DNA from: Raillietiella orientalis
Taxonomy: Eukaryota
Length of the DNA stretch: 64,000 nt
Reading direction: 5' to 3'
Assembly (NCBI GenBank): GCA_036172245.1
Contig: JAYWIR010000013.1
Coordinates: 496,001-560,000, forward strand
The notes under the pieces were generated by a model, which searched no databases, was not told the origin of the DNA, and worked only from the letters and a program-made list of their open reading frames with translations. This document shows, piece after piece, positions 1 to 13,600 of this stretch (position 1 is its first letter; every line of letters begins with the position of its first letter). Made by a program: the position numbers and the translations under genes.

Positions 1-1222
1 GCGCTCCTCCCGGAGTAAGAAGGGACGGGCGGAGTGGAATGGAAAGTCACTGCTCCCTGGCAATCCGCCCAAACCATCAACGCGAAAAGTGGTAGGAAAA
101 ACGCGGCAAACGGGCGTAGGAGGTGGTGGTCCTTCACGACTTGCGCCCCCCTTGTCGTCGCCGTTGCCAGTCGAGGAAAGAATTGATGAAGCAAGAAAGA
201 AATGAGGGAACGGCTAGGTTCGGTGGGGGGGGGGAGGGGAAGCGAGGGAACCTCCAAGTAGAACACGAGCGGCGAAGATGCTCTCTGGAGGTTCAGCACT
301 GACTTTCACCTTTCCTCGACTTCCTTGCTCATCATCCGGGGTTGCTATGTTATCCGAGGACTCACAGGCGGTAGAATTTACAACCGAGGACCCTGGAAAC
401 CATTCCGGTTCGTGGCATCAACCCACCGCCAACCAAGACAGCCAATCCGTGTTGTTGGGAGAGCGCATCCACTTCCAGACCCGTCCGAAAAGGGAGGCAT
501 CGATTTGCTCCCGTGATGACGGCCGATCGCCTCTCTCGCGGATTCCAGGATCCGAGCTGGGGAGAAGCAACTTGCATGCCTCTCTTCCCCTTTCTTCCCC
601 ACAAGATGGCCGAATCCCCTCCCTGGGATCCTTCGTGATGCGGATCGCGGGCTCACATCCTTTGCGATCCAGGGGACGCGTCCTGGAGAAGCGCATGAGA
701 AACTGTACCTCTTCCTTTAAATCCTCTTTCCCGATACGGACTCCATCCTTCAAGAATCCCGCAGGATACCCTTCCTTCCAGAGGCGGCCTCGAAAGCTCT
801 TCGGATGCTTGGACAACCGAAGAGTTCTCCGAGCTCCGGTCTGCTCTCTAGGGAACTGCCTATGTCCCTGGACGATCCTCCAGAGCATAAGAGGATGACA
901 ACTTCTGCTTTCTCCGCCTCGCGTAGCAACCGGCTTAGTCCTTCAAATTCGGCGACCTCATCAACGAGGCTCGGTGTCTCTCGCCTGATTGCCTATCCGC
1001 GGAGGGATTGCGGCCGTCTCCTCCTGGATACGACGGCATTCGAGAGCCTTCCTTCCCTCCCCCGTATCCCTTCAAGCGTCCTCCGGTAACTACAAGGCGC
1101 AAGAGAGGCATTCCGGCCTTCCTGGCCGTTTTGGATGAATCAGGCGCGTGCAAGCAGATGAAAGGGAGAAATGCAGCGCGGGAAAGAAAAAAATGACGCC
1201 ACTCACAAAGGACAGCGGGGAC

Positions 1223-1290
1223 TGACGTCATCGGCGGAACTGCACGCACGTTCCCGATGTGCACGTCCACCTGCGTCCCTTCACTTTCCG
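1223..1290 (+). promoter_or_regulatory. Possible proximal promoter elements of the PAN-ZP gene (CRE palindrome TGACGTCA, Inr-like TCACTT)
   Basis: TGACGTCA at 1223-1230 and TCACTT at 1281-1286, about 100-165 nt upstream of the inferred ATG at 1388. Motif match only. Confidence 0.25.
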
Positions 1291-1334
1291 CTGGAGCGCC
1301 CGAGAAAATGACGCGGCGGCGCGTTCGCTGTGCC

Positions 1335-1698
1335 GCCTTTGTGTGCTCCGGGCGGCCGGACCGTTCGTCCACGTGAAGGAGTCGAGGATGGTGCGCGCGT
1401 TCGGAGAGGTAAGGACGAGTGCGTGCTTGAGTGCGTGTGTGCGGTAGTGGTGGTGGTGAGTGGGTGGTTAATGGTGGTGGAGAGCGAGAGGTCAAGGAGG
1501 GGATTAGCTGCAGAAGATCTCCTTCCTCTTCCTCCCCTCCGTCCGTGGGGGAGAACGGGAAGAGAGAAAGTTGTCAGCGTAGAGGCAAATCGAACCCGAG
1601 GGAGGGTGCCTCCAGTGCACCAGAAGGGACCGTGGAGCCTTTGTGTGCTCCGGGCGTCCGAACTGTTCGTCCACGTGAAGTAGCCGAGGATGGTGCGC
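1335..1698 (+). repeat. Imperfect 62-bp direct repeat (1335-1396 and 1637-1698) covering the inferred 5'UTR and ATG of the PAN-ZP gene
   Basis: gcctttgtgtgctccgggcggccggaccgttcgtccacgtgaaggagtcgaggatggtgcgc vs gcctttgtgtgctccgggcgtccgaactgttcgtccacgtgaagtagccgaggatggtgcgc (5 mismatches). Confidence 0.95.
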
Positions 1699-4600
1699 TC
1701 ATGACTGGGACACGGGGGGGAGGGGCATGTCTATACGATGCTCCGTTCCCTTCCTCTCTTTCACTCTTTTCTTCTTCCTCTCCCCCTTCTCCTCTTCCTT
1801 TCCTGCTCCTCCTCCTCTTTCACTCCTGTCGCAGAAATGTTCCGGTTCTTAGAAACCGGAATGTTTCTGCGGAAGACGAGAACGTCGTTTACCAGCAGCT
1901 CGTGCTGTGGGGCGCGTTCGCTGTTCAGAAGGAGACGCTTTCCGTCTCTGCTCCCGAGAGGAAGAGCAGTGGAAGGAGGTTTCCAAGTAGGGGCTGAAGG
2001 AGCGGCTCGGCCCGAAAAAGTCCGGATCATCTCCCGCTGAGCGGAACGCGTCGAAGCAGGATGGAAAAGGGGAAGAAGACTTGTGGGTGAGGAAAGGCGT
2101 TAATCTCCTTTACCGCCTCTGGCGACAAGTACCACCCCAGTGGAGACCTTCATTCAGCTCCCTCGGAATGCGGTCTGCCCACTTCGCGAGCTCTTCGATC
2201 GGCAGGCATCTCTCCCACTCCACTTTTTTGAATCAGGAAGAAGAGACTTGGGAAGCCACGCAAGCACCGATCCCTTGGTATTCTCCTGCGGAAGAAGCAC
2301 GTGAAGGAGGAGGGAAGACACGCTAATGCCTTCCTCCATCCTTCCCGAAGATTCCAGCCGCCCGCAGTTTTCTCCTCCTGGTCCTGACGTCCTCTCTGCA
2401 GCGGCGAGCCTCCGGGAGTGATCCGAACAAGCTCCACCCTTAACCCCTTCCTCCGGGTACGAGAATAGACCCTCTCATGTGACTCTGAGACTTCCGGGTC
2501 CCTACCGAAACTTGAGTCCATAGAGCTCCATCCGGAGGCGCCATCCCGAAACCCAGAAAAAAGGGCAAGAGGCCCGGCAACGGTACTCCCGAGGGGAGAC
2601 ACGAGAGAGTAGGGGATGAAGAGAAGGAAGAGCAGGAGCAACTCTTTCCTCGGGACCCCCATCCATCTCACTCTTGGGGTCCGATCAGGTCTCGCTGACC
2701 TCCAACCCTGCTACAAGTGCAACAGCACCAACGGATGGAGGACGCCTCCGCGCAGCCAACTGCCTTCATCCCGGTGCGGATTCGTCCCTCCTCGAGCCAC
2801 CGACGGACAGAACGCAAGCTCGAGGAGGAACGCGGGGTCTACGAGGCTCCGGAAGGTGACAGCGAGATGACGGAATCGCGTGGGACAACTTCTGCAGCCA
2901 ACCCCATTGGACCGGCTCCAGGGGACCGCGGAAGGAAACTAAATCAGCCTGGGAGAGAGCGTTCCGAGGAAAAGGCCTGCGGGCGCGGCACCACCGTGAT
3001 GCCACCGAGGTGGTGCGCTTGACTGATGCCTGCACAAGAAGTGGTTTCCTGCCGGAGGCGAGTGGGCGCGGCCAGCGCCGAGGTGTGACGCCTCGCCCAA
3101 GTCGCGTCGCGGGCGAGGCAGGGTCGCAGCGCAAAGGGAAAGGCAGAGGAAGATGAGAGGTGGTGTCACCGGGTGCAAACGTTGCCCGCCGCGGCTGCAT
3201 GGAGCCTCGAAGTGGTGGATCCACCTTTACCTCCACCGCAACGCTATCACATCAGAGCAACGTCCGAGAGGGAAGGACGCTGACGGGGGCACCGTTGGGA
3301 TGATGGCCGCAAGGTCTGTTGCTCGGCGCGGAGCCGTGGGCGCCACTGCTGCTTCCGATACAAGACCACTCTGGAGCGTGGCCAGGGGTGGGGGGAAAGA
3401 TAGCTACGAGAACCAGGACACAGAGACGACGACAAGGATGTTCCCTTGACTCCAGACACTGCTTCTGGTAGCACGCGACGTTCGCGGGCCCCACAGAGGT
3501 GGTGTCAAATGCTGACACCAGTAGACACTTCGAAGGGTGGAGCGGAGAAGATATCAGAGGATGACCCCGATCTCTCAGCATCCAGGATCTCTCCGGATGT
3601 TTCCGGGAAGCAGCAATGGTGCCAGCGGAAAGCAGATACAAGCTGTGCAGTGGTGGGTGGATCTCAGAGGGCACCGCAGCAGCAACGTCCTCTGCGGAGA
3701 TCGCATCTTTCCTCCCTGAAAGAGGAGAGTAGCTGAGAGAACAACTCTGTTGAGGGACTAAGCTCAAGCACGTACAGGCGAGAGGAAGACGACCTGGATT
3801 TCGGACTGCCGAGTGCCCTCTCCGGAAAGGATCGCATCCTTCAATCCCAACTCTCCCGCTGCTGTGCTGTTGTGGCCACGTGGGTCCATCGTCTATTCTT
3901 TCCTTTCACTTGGAGGGAGGAGCCGCCACGGTGCCGCCGACCACGCAGTGTCTGACAAAGCTGGTGCGGCGCAGCCCATCAGGAAATGAAGAAGAAAACC
4001 CCATCGTATTCGGTTTCCCAGGAGTCCAGCCTTCATCTCTCCCGAAGGCCTCTTTCACCCGCTCCGGAGGCTGAGAGGTGACGCTCTTCCCTTCTCATCA
4101 CGGGTCACTGAAGGGGAGAAGGGGAAGATTCTCAGGAGGGTGAGATCCAGAGACGAACACAGTCTCTAGCTCGAGTGGACTTTTCGGAAGAGGCGCATCG
4201 CAGTGCGCTGATGTGTTTCCATGACCACCTGACCTCCTCAGCCTCCTTAGTTAACCGGACGGGTGCTGTAGGTGCTCAGATGGTTCGACTTCTAGTTAGT
4301 CTTCCTGCGTCTTGGAGCGAGGTTTCAACCTTCCCTGGAGGGTTGTCCTTTTGAATGGATGAGGGAACTCTGTCGATGGCCAGAGAGGCAAGCCGGGAAT
4401 GTCCGAGCTGCAGTAAGGGGAATCCACTTGTCATGTCTTCGTGCCGCGGGATCTGCGCTTCCTCCCCCCCTCCCCTTCCTTGGCCTGCACACCGCGAGAC
4501 TGCCCAGCTGCTCTTTTCAAGAGACCGAAGCGGCATTTCCAAAGCTGACTGCGACAATCCCTAGGTGTAACTGCAGGTGGACCCCTTTCCCGGAATAGCC

Positions 4601-7600
4601 TTCTGCCCCTTCTCTCCTCCACGGAATTCTCCCGGAATTCATCCGAGGTCATTCTGTTCTTCCAGGAGGGACTGACCATCTTTAGAGCATGCGCCTGGGT
4701 GTGCCTGGCACTGGCGTCGGTCCTTCGCGGCACGCGCGGTAAGTTGCAACGCTCTCGGGGCCTCTCAGACGCCACCTCTTCAGGAGCCCAAACCACCGCG
4801 CAGTGCTTCGGCTACCGGGGACTGGAGAAGACCGCAGGGACGAGCTTCTCTTCTGGCTCGAGCCAGCGGGTGTACGAGAATCCGGGATCAGCGGTGACCC
4901 AGGACTGCTCCGCTTTCTGCCGACAGGCTGCGGACTGCGAAGCCTTCACCGTCGGTAAGGAGGGAGACCGGATGGAGGAGCAACAGTTGGCGTTGCGCGG
5001 ACGCGTCGAGGGAGGGCAGTAACTGATGTCCCGTCAGACTACGCCAGCGGCCAGTGCGTGTCGTTCGATAGAACGTCGGCCGACGAGAGGGAAAACCTGG
5101 AGGACAGACCCGGGGTCAACTTCTTTGAGAAGATCTGCTTCAGCGGAGGTGGGGTGGAAGGGAGGTTGTCCTTCTGAAGTGCTGCTGACGGTCTCACGCG
5201 CGCTGCAGTGGCCAACTACAACAGCCTGTGTGGCGATCGCCTGTGGGCATTCGAGAGGGTGGTCGGCGGAGAGCTCCAGGGGTTCGACGACAAGGAGCTG
5301 ACCAACGTCCAGACGAAGACCGACTGCGAGAAGATGTGCCTCGCGGAGATCCAGTTCACATGCAGGTTCATTCATTGGCGAGAAAGGATGGTGGCCTGGT
5401 TACCTCCGCTCTCCCCTCCTTCTTCCAGGTCAGCAGAGTACGATCACGTGCAGCAGACCTGCGTGCTCAGCCGCGACGACCGCCGGTCGCAGACCGAAGC
5501 CTTCCGGGTGCAGAGCGGAGGGTCGAAGGACTACCTGGAGAACCAGTGCGTCAGAGGCAGGAGGCACCCCACCCCTCGCGCTCCCGCGATCTTAGGGTGC
5601 GACGTCTCTTCCGCAGAGCTTCCCGACTGCCGGTACGAGGAGCGCCTCAATGTATCCGTGGTCTCCATGGACGACGTGCAGTTCGCCTCCAGTAAGGACG
5701 ACTGCGAAGCTCTGTGCCAACTGGTAAGAGGACGGTGCGCCTCCGCTTCTCCTGAGAGGCGGCTGCGCCGTCGCGGTACGCCGCCATCTTCGCGCCCGCT
5801 TCTAGACCATTCCACTTTCCACCACCCCCTTTCCGGTTCTGCTTCTCAACCTTCCCGGTTCCCCTACCCCCTAGGGAAACGGAGAAGAGACTCCGAATCT
5901 CGGGTGTCGCTGATAGGGTGGAAGGGAGACTATCCTCGTCGTCTGGAGGACCACCTGCGGACGACGCGCGTGCCGCCGCGTCTCCATCCCTGTTAGCACG
6001 CGCCACCGTGTCAGCGGTGGCATGGACAGCAGATCTGGGAGGTTCGAGAATCCTCCAAGCGTCGTCTGGCGAGACACCTTCCGGGACCCACTTTCTCCCC
6101 GCAGGAGCCTGCGACAAGGCTGCGTCTTTTCATCAGGGTTACCAGTCGCTTGCTCCTTGGCTCCTCCTGCTTGTGCCCCTTCGTCTTCGGCAGAAAAAAA
6201 AAGTCAGAGAGGTTGCAGCGTAGCTTCTTTTCTCTGCAGCTCTGTTGGCTATCGAGGGACTACCGAAACTTCCACAACAACCGCTGCTGGACAGTTCTCT
6301 TTCTCGCTCCGCCGGTTGCACAGCAGACCTTCCGACCTCCTCTGATGAGCTCCGTCTTTGACCTTCGATCGATCCCTTGGCTTCTCAACTGCTCTTTTCA
6401 CTGGGGAGCGTGGAGAAGGGAAGCGCTAACACCCAGGGCTCTACGCTTTGCCCTCCAAGGAGCGAGTGGTTTAGGATTGGATCTCATCTCAAAGGGAAAG
6501 TTCTCCCCCCCCCTCTCTTCCCCTCCCGTCCCCCCCAGAAGTCTCTCCCTCCGTTTCCGCATGGACGAGGCATGGGTTCCCCTCGGAAGAGTTTTCAGCA
6601 GCATGCCTGGCAGCCCACTTTCAGTGTCCCCCTGGGACGGACCCAAGAGAGCTCCCTAGTGGCCACTGCTGACATGAGAACTCGAGATGCAGCTGCTCCA
6701 TCTTTCCCTACGGTAGGAGCCAGGCCCCACCCGGAAGTCCACGAGGGGCCCGCGCCGTTCTCCTTCGTCTCTTCGCCAACGTTCCCGTCTTTCCTTGGTT
6801 TCCGGAGGTAATCTGCGGCACGGATACCTCGTCGCGCCCCCTCCCTCCCAGCTCCTTGTTCCCGTGTCCGCCTCCCCCTACCCTCCATGCGGCTCGAAGC
6901 GAGAGGCCCCCCCCCCTTTCTCCTTCAGCGCGTCGCGGAGCTCAGACTCAGACTCCTGTCAAGCGGCCCGCGCCACAAATCGGCTCGCGGTCTCGTGTGC
7001 CCGGAAGGCAATACATGCCGCAGCCAAGTCCGGTTCCAGAAGCCGCGACCGCGGTTCTACGCGTTCGGTAGCTATGCGCCCAGAGAGCGCGGGCACGGGT
7101 CCTTCTCGCTGCAGCTCTCTCCTTTTGAGTGAACTCCGAGGACATCGGGATGAAAGGGCAGCTGGGAGGGGGACCCTGCCGGGGGCGACGAACTGCCTCG
7201 GAGAAGAAGGGGGAGGCATCCTCTTGTTCGGCGACAGGGAGGCGGAGGGAGCGAAAGGACTAAAGCCGCCCTTTCAATGACTGCGAGGCTGCTGCAGCCG
7301 GGGCCGCCGGAGAAGACCTCAGCCGAGATGGGGTCAGGAAGGCGCTGGGTTCCAGGGACCGAATGTCGCCGCGAGCTTCCTACCGCCTCTCAGCTCTCTC
7401 ATCATCAGTGGACGCGCAGACTCCCGGGACTTCGCTTCCCCTCCCCCCTCTCCTTTCCAGCCGCTTTCCGAGGGCGGCTCTCCCTGATGGATCTCCTTCC
7501 GCTTCGGCCCTCCTCGTCCTCCCCACTGCCACAGAAAAAATCACCTCATGGGGTCCGGTCTCCTCCGATTCCTGCCCGCTGAGGGAACGGGGGCGCCTTC

Positions 7601-10600
7601 AGCACCCCAGGGAAGGGCTACGCTGCTGCCAACGCTCCTCGGGGAGCCCAATTTCGACCAAAGATCCACCACCGTTTATCCCGGACGGAGTCAACCCTGT
7701 TCGCGATGGCCCCGGAGACCCTTTCTCTTCCTCCAAGTCTGTCGCTCGATCTGGGACTGGGAGGATACCCTCCGCAAATGCTCCCTCCTTCATTTGGACG
7801 CGTGAGTGGACCCAGCCGTCGCGCGCGCAGCTCGTCCCTCACGGACCTCTCCCGGAGTCTCCCAGCCTCCCGGCTGTGATCTCAAGCGGATCAGCTGCTG
7901 CTGGAGGGTGCGACCCGACACGGAGTTCTTTCTCCTCTGGTACATCTCCGGGTTCCGTGCTTCGCGGGTAGGGAGTTCCGCACGCGCTTGAAGGAGAAAA
8001 TACCTCCCCTCTCATGCTTCTTCCCTCCCAAAGGTCCGCGAACTTCCCCACGCTGGCAGCGAAGGAAAGGGCGACGCGCTCAGGAAGTCCCCGTTCCGTT
8101 CGTTTTTTTGGAGGTCTGGAAGCTGCAGGAAAGGCAGGAGGAGGGGGGAGTTTATCTCGGAAAGCGGCTGGCAAGGAGAAAGGGAAAGAGGGGGATAGAG
8201 CAAGAAAGGGAGGTGGAGGGTGAGTGATTTGATTCTCTGGGAAGCAATAAACCGCTGCGCTCGTTCGAGATCTTACGGGGTACCCGGGATTGTCAGGAGG
8301 AACCATCAGCTTCCTCGGCTTGCCTTCAGGAGAGGCGACCGTCTCCGGAGCGCGAGAGTTGTCGTCTTGGCCGCGACTTCCGCGACCCGCGCGCAGCCAG
8401 CTGCAGAGGACGCCCTCTCAGGAAGCCGGCTGAGGCAACTCCTTCTCCTCCCTTAGGAAAGAGCCTTCAGCTGTTGGGCCTACGCCTACGACGGCGAGAT
8501 CAAACGCTGCTACCTGAGCGGGGACGACTCCATATCGCTGAGGGACGCGCAGCCGCCCGCGAAGGGCACCGTGGCGTACGGGGAGAAGAAGTGCTCCGTC
8601 AGTAAGTCGACAAGCGTGGGGGCTCGGGGGAGGGTGACCGAGACCTCTCATGCTGAGGCCTCACAGAACGGTGCGAAGGGGGGACTCTGTCCTTCGAGAA
8701 GATCAGCGGGAGGATGCTAAGGAACGCCCGTCAGGAAGAGCTTCCCGCCGTCACCTCGGCAGCGGACATCGTTTCTGAGTGCCGGAGTCTGTGTCTGGAA
8801 GATGCCAACGGGTGCCTCGCCTTCCTGGTGGACTACAACACCAGGAAGTGCTTCAAGGTCGACAGAAACAGCCAAGGGCGCAACGCTGAATTCCTTCTTG
8901 TGGACGGGCAGAACTATTTCGAGAAAGTCTGTCTCCGAGGTAACAGCTTTCCGAGGGGGGGAGAGGTCACCTACCGATCCTCCTGGAAACGCAAGGCGAC
9001 GTGGAGATCTGCAAGGGCAGAGCCTGGACTTTCGAGAGGGCGCCGGGAAAGGAGCTCCGTGGGTACGATGACCGCATCCTCATCAACGTGCAGACGCATC
9101 GTGACTGCGAGGAACTGTGTCTCCAGGTATCTGGCACCTTCCTCCTAGGTTCTCCGGCATCCCTTCGGCGTTCCAGGAAAAAGGTTTTCTGTGCCGCTCC
9201 GGGGAGTACGACTGGCAGTTGGCTGAATGCAGGCTCAGCAGGGAAGATCGGAGGTCCAAGAAGGAAGACTACGTCGACGCTTCCCTCACAACAGAGTACC
9301 TGGAAAATCAGTGCATCGACGGTAAGCACCGTTCCAGCTCGACCGACGGCCAAGCTACCGCCGACCACGGGTGCAGGACCGGATGAAGAGCTTGAGGGGA
9401 GTCAGGGTCCCCTTCCTCTTTCGGCGCCTCACTTTCGGAGTAGTCTCTGGATGGTCTTTTGCCGAACCAAGAATAGCCCTCAGAGACGTCTTCGTCTACC
9501 TCAGCTTTTCCCGATGGGCTTCGCGCTCTTCTTCTGCCGCGTTTTGTGCGGAAGCGCCTTCCTTCCAGATAACTATCTCCATGGTACTGTCAGAATGCGC
9601 TTCCGCGTTGTCGCTGGTTTACTTGGCTCCTTCTTGTACATCTGCGGTCGGCCGTGGTACACGGAACGTGGGTGCACTCTTTTTTCTGGGAATTACTGAT
9701 TTGTCCCAAGAGTTTCCTCTTCGGAAGCCCCGCCGACGTAGAACCAGAAACAAGATTCCGCCTCCGGGCATCGGTCGGTGCCATCGATGGGGTCTATCGA
9801 GGCACGGATGTCCCGTTCTCCATCTGGCCGCACAAACGACTTCCGCGTTTTCTGTTTCAGATGCGGACAGCAGCTGCCTGTTTAAACCATTCCCGGACAC
9901 GACGTCCAGGTATGCCGACAGCACCAGGGAAAACATCAGTACCGAGTACGAGTGCAAGATGGAGTGCGAATCGGCTCAGGCTTTCAGCTGCCGGTCATTT
10001 TCTTACGAGGGAGCAGAGGACAGATGCCAACTGAGCGGGGACGACGCCGGTGAGTGGGGCGGGCTGCTTCCGGCCTCGTCCGGGAGCAACATGGATCCTC
10101 TCCCCCTTCTTCAGTTTCGGTAGGCTCTACGGCCTTGTATCCGAAGGAAGGAAGCACCTACTTCGAGAAAGACTGCCCGAGCGCCATTCAGCGAAATGCC
10201 ACGTTGCCAGACAAAGAAAACCCAGAAGGTAGGGGAAGACTCGGGAGCTCGGCCGCCTGATCCAAGCTCCCGTTATGTCAAGCGATCCGTTCCTTTCCTC
10301 CGTTCCCGGAGGACCCGACCTTGTGGCGACGCCGCCGCCAAAGTTCCTTGCTTTTGAATGGGATCACCGGGGCACATGCGGGAAAGGAGGGATTAACGCG
10401 CGCCCGTCGATGGCACCTGCCGTTCTGGAGCAGGAGCGTTCCCACTCGAGGGACCATTTCGGTTGTACTGGTTGGGATATGGGAAAAAAAGAAGCCGTTT
10501 GATCCGTTTTGTGCAGCGGTTCGACGTGATCCCTAGACCCATGAATGCTTTCCCTGGTTACGGGGAAGCTCTTCGGGAGACTGCCTCACGCTCTCCCTCT

Positions 10601-13600
10601 GCCACTTCCCTCAGGAACAAAGATGGATCCAGGAAAGCGAGAGATGAGACAATAACATCCCTCATTTTGCATGCCTCTCGTCGGCACTGACCCCAAAAGT
10701 GACCGAGGGGAGGACGAAGAGCTTGGAGCAAAAAGCGGAATCCGCAAACCGGAAGACTCCCCGAGGAGCATTGTTTCCTCTCGAAAGAAATAATGAAAAC
10801 AGTAGCGAACAACAACCCCCCTATCAAAAAAAACCGATGGATTTTTGCACTCTCCTGAGGCAGTGGCCAGCATTCTCGAGCTCTCATGCAAAGCCTTCCA
10901 AGAAGACTCCGATCTTTCGAGAGCGTCGGGGAAGAAGAGGGAGGGGCCAAGAAACGACATGGCCGCTCCGCCAGGAAGTTCGCCGCCCAAATGGTCGGCC
11001 GCACACTTGGCGGACTACTCTGGGCGGAATTCCCGAGTGTTCCGCCTGCGACTAGCACGCGCGCCCCGCCAAGACCTCAGGGTGAACGATGGGGGGAGGA
11101 GGAAGGTGGACTCCTGGACGGATGGCGCCTCGCTCCCTCCATTTCCGATGCCGACGCCCGCTCTTGTCTTGTAGGGAGACGCTGCAGATATGGGCACGTG
11201 CAGTTCGAGAAAGTGACAAGCTTCGGGTTCTTCCCCGGGGATGAATGGACCATCTTCAGCCACGAGGATCCGAATCCGGGGATCGTGTCCGAGTGCATCA
11301 AAGCCTGCCAGTCGCACCAGCGGTGCGAATCCTTCGTGGTAGACCACGACGGCAACCGCTGCACGGGCTCCTCGTCGAAGGAGCGCCAGGAGAGCGACCT
11401 CGTCCTGAGACCCAAGTTCAACTACTTCGAGACCATCTGCATCAGCGGTGAGCGTTCGAGGTCGCTGGCCAGGAGGGAATCGGGAGAAGGGGGAGGGGAA
11501 GTAAAGGAGAGAGGGAGATTGAGCATTTTCGGAGGATTCTTTCTGCAGCATCCGGATGCGACATGCTCTGGACCTTCGAGAGGATCGTCGGCTACGAGCT
11601 CAACGTGAGCGCGAGGAAGACGATCGAGGGCGTCTCGAAGACTGTATGCGAGGAAAGGTGCATGCTGGAGCGCCAGTTCATTTGCCGGTCGGCCAACTTC
11701 TTGCACGCGACCAACACGTGCCGCCTGATGGACTCCGACCGCTTCTCCCACCCCTCGAGGTTCGTCCCTGCCGCCCGCGTCTCTTATCTGGAGAACCAGT
11801 GCGAAGTCAGTGAGTAGTGCGCTGGAAGTTGGAGAGGGGGGGAAAGAGGACCAGGAGAACGGACGCTCCTCTCCCTCAGTACCGCTGGGAAACTGTCGCT
11901 ACGGCAACCCCCAAAATGACGTCTTCCTCTTCTACACGTCCAAGTCCTTCTCCACGTTCTCCGTCGACAGCTGCCAGCAGGCGTGTGAGATCGAGCGCGA
12001 CTTCAACTGCAGGGCCTTCTCCTACTTACCAAACGTAAAGGAATGGGATGGAAGACACGCCCCTTCATACCCCGTCCCCCTTTCCAGGCACGCGGCCACC
12101 GCTGCTTGCTGAGCAGCGACGGGGGGATGGGCAGCAAGCACTTCGGATCGTCCAAGGGAGCAGCATATGCCGAGAAACTGTGCGAGGAGGGAAGTTCCTT
12201 CCCTCCCCCGCTTTCACCCCAACTCCGCTGGGGTTCCGCTGTCCCGGGAAGCTCGGTGTCCTCCTCCTCCTCCTCCTTTTCCCCGTCGAGGTCTCCCCTT
12301 CTGCGTTTGGGGAACCCGCGCGAGGAAGGTGGCAGCTCTCCTGAGAACAGAGCCGTCGGCGATGGGGACAGCGGAGGAGACAGGGGCGTTGGTCAGCACC
12401 TCCAGGGTCGCGGACCTCCTTGGGCGGAAAATGCCGCGTCCTTGGAGGTCGCATCACGCAGCAGGGTCGCTCCCTCTTCGCCTTCGAGATCTTTTCCCTT
12501 TCGCAGACCTCATTCCGGGACGGGAGACCCCTGGCACCTCCAGTCTGCCAAGGGCACTTTGCCTCTCGGTAAAGCTCCTGGAGACAAATCGGTCAGCAAG
12601 AAACTGCGGGAGGAACACATCCGATGCCAGGGATCCACGAGCTACGAGAGGATCTTCGGGATCGATGTGCTGGCTTCCCAGAGGTGCATCATCACATTTC
12701 CTCCTCCCTTCCCCTATCCCTTTCATTCCCATTTCCCCAGATCGGGAGGGTGCTGCGGCGCTCTCCTCGTCTCTGGAAGAGGGGGAGGGGAGGAGGAGAC
12801 GTGAGTTTGACCTCCTCTCTCTCCTCCCTTTGTAGACCAGCTGCCCTCTCATCCCCCCTTCCCTACCCCCAAAAAGAGGAAGCAAAGAAAGGTTCAGTCC
12901 TCCGGGGAGAGCATCCATCTGTGTCCTCTTCCAGGCAGCCGCTGCCGGTCCGCTCGAGGAAGGCCATATCCCTCCTGTGCCTGGAAGAGTGCAACCGGAT
13001 GCAGGAATCCTGCAAGGGCGTCCTCCTGTTCTACGACAGGACCCTGGAGCAGCGATGTTTTTCCGTCGACGGTCTCCAGGCGACAGAGGACGCGGCTCCG
13101 TTCCTGGAGTTCAACGGCAACGTGTACTTCGGGAAGATCTGCCTGAGCAGTGAATGTGAGATGGAGCGCCGCCGCCGCCGCGGCAGAGGAAGCGGAGGCG
13201 AACGCCGCGCGTCCCTCCTCCTCCCCATCTCTCTCTCATTCCTTTTCCCGTAGCAGCGCCAAGGTGCTCCAGGATGTGGGCGTTCGACCGAGTCCCCGGA
13301 TACGAGCTGGCCGGTCACGACGACCGGGAGCTGTTGGTATCTAGCAAGGAGGAGTGCATGAGCGAGTGTCTGAGGTCCACGGAATTCGAGTGCCGCTCCG
13401 CGGAGTTCAGCTTCCGGAGTCTCGCCTGCCGCCTGAGCAGCGAGAGCCGGAGGACGCAGCCCGGGGATTTCCGCCCCAGCGCGCAGGGCTTCCACTACAT
13501 GGAGAACGCATGCGCACAGGGTGAGTCTCTGGCACGGAACGGCGGGGGCGGCGGCCGGGATGCGCGCCGCCCAGGACCTCTCCATGGCGCGCGGCTTCAT

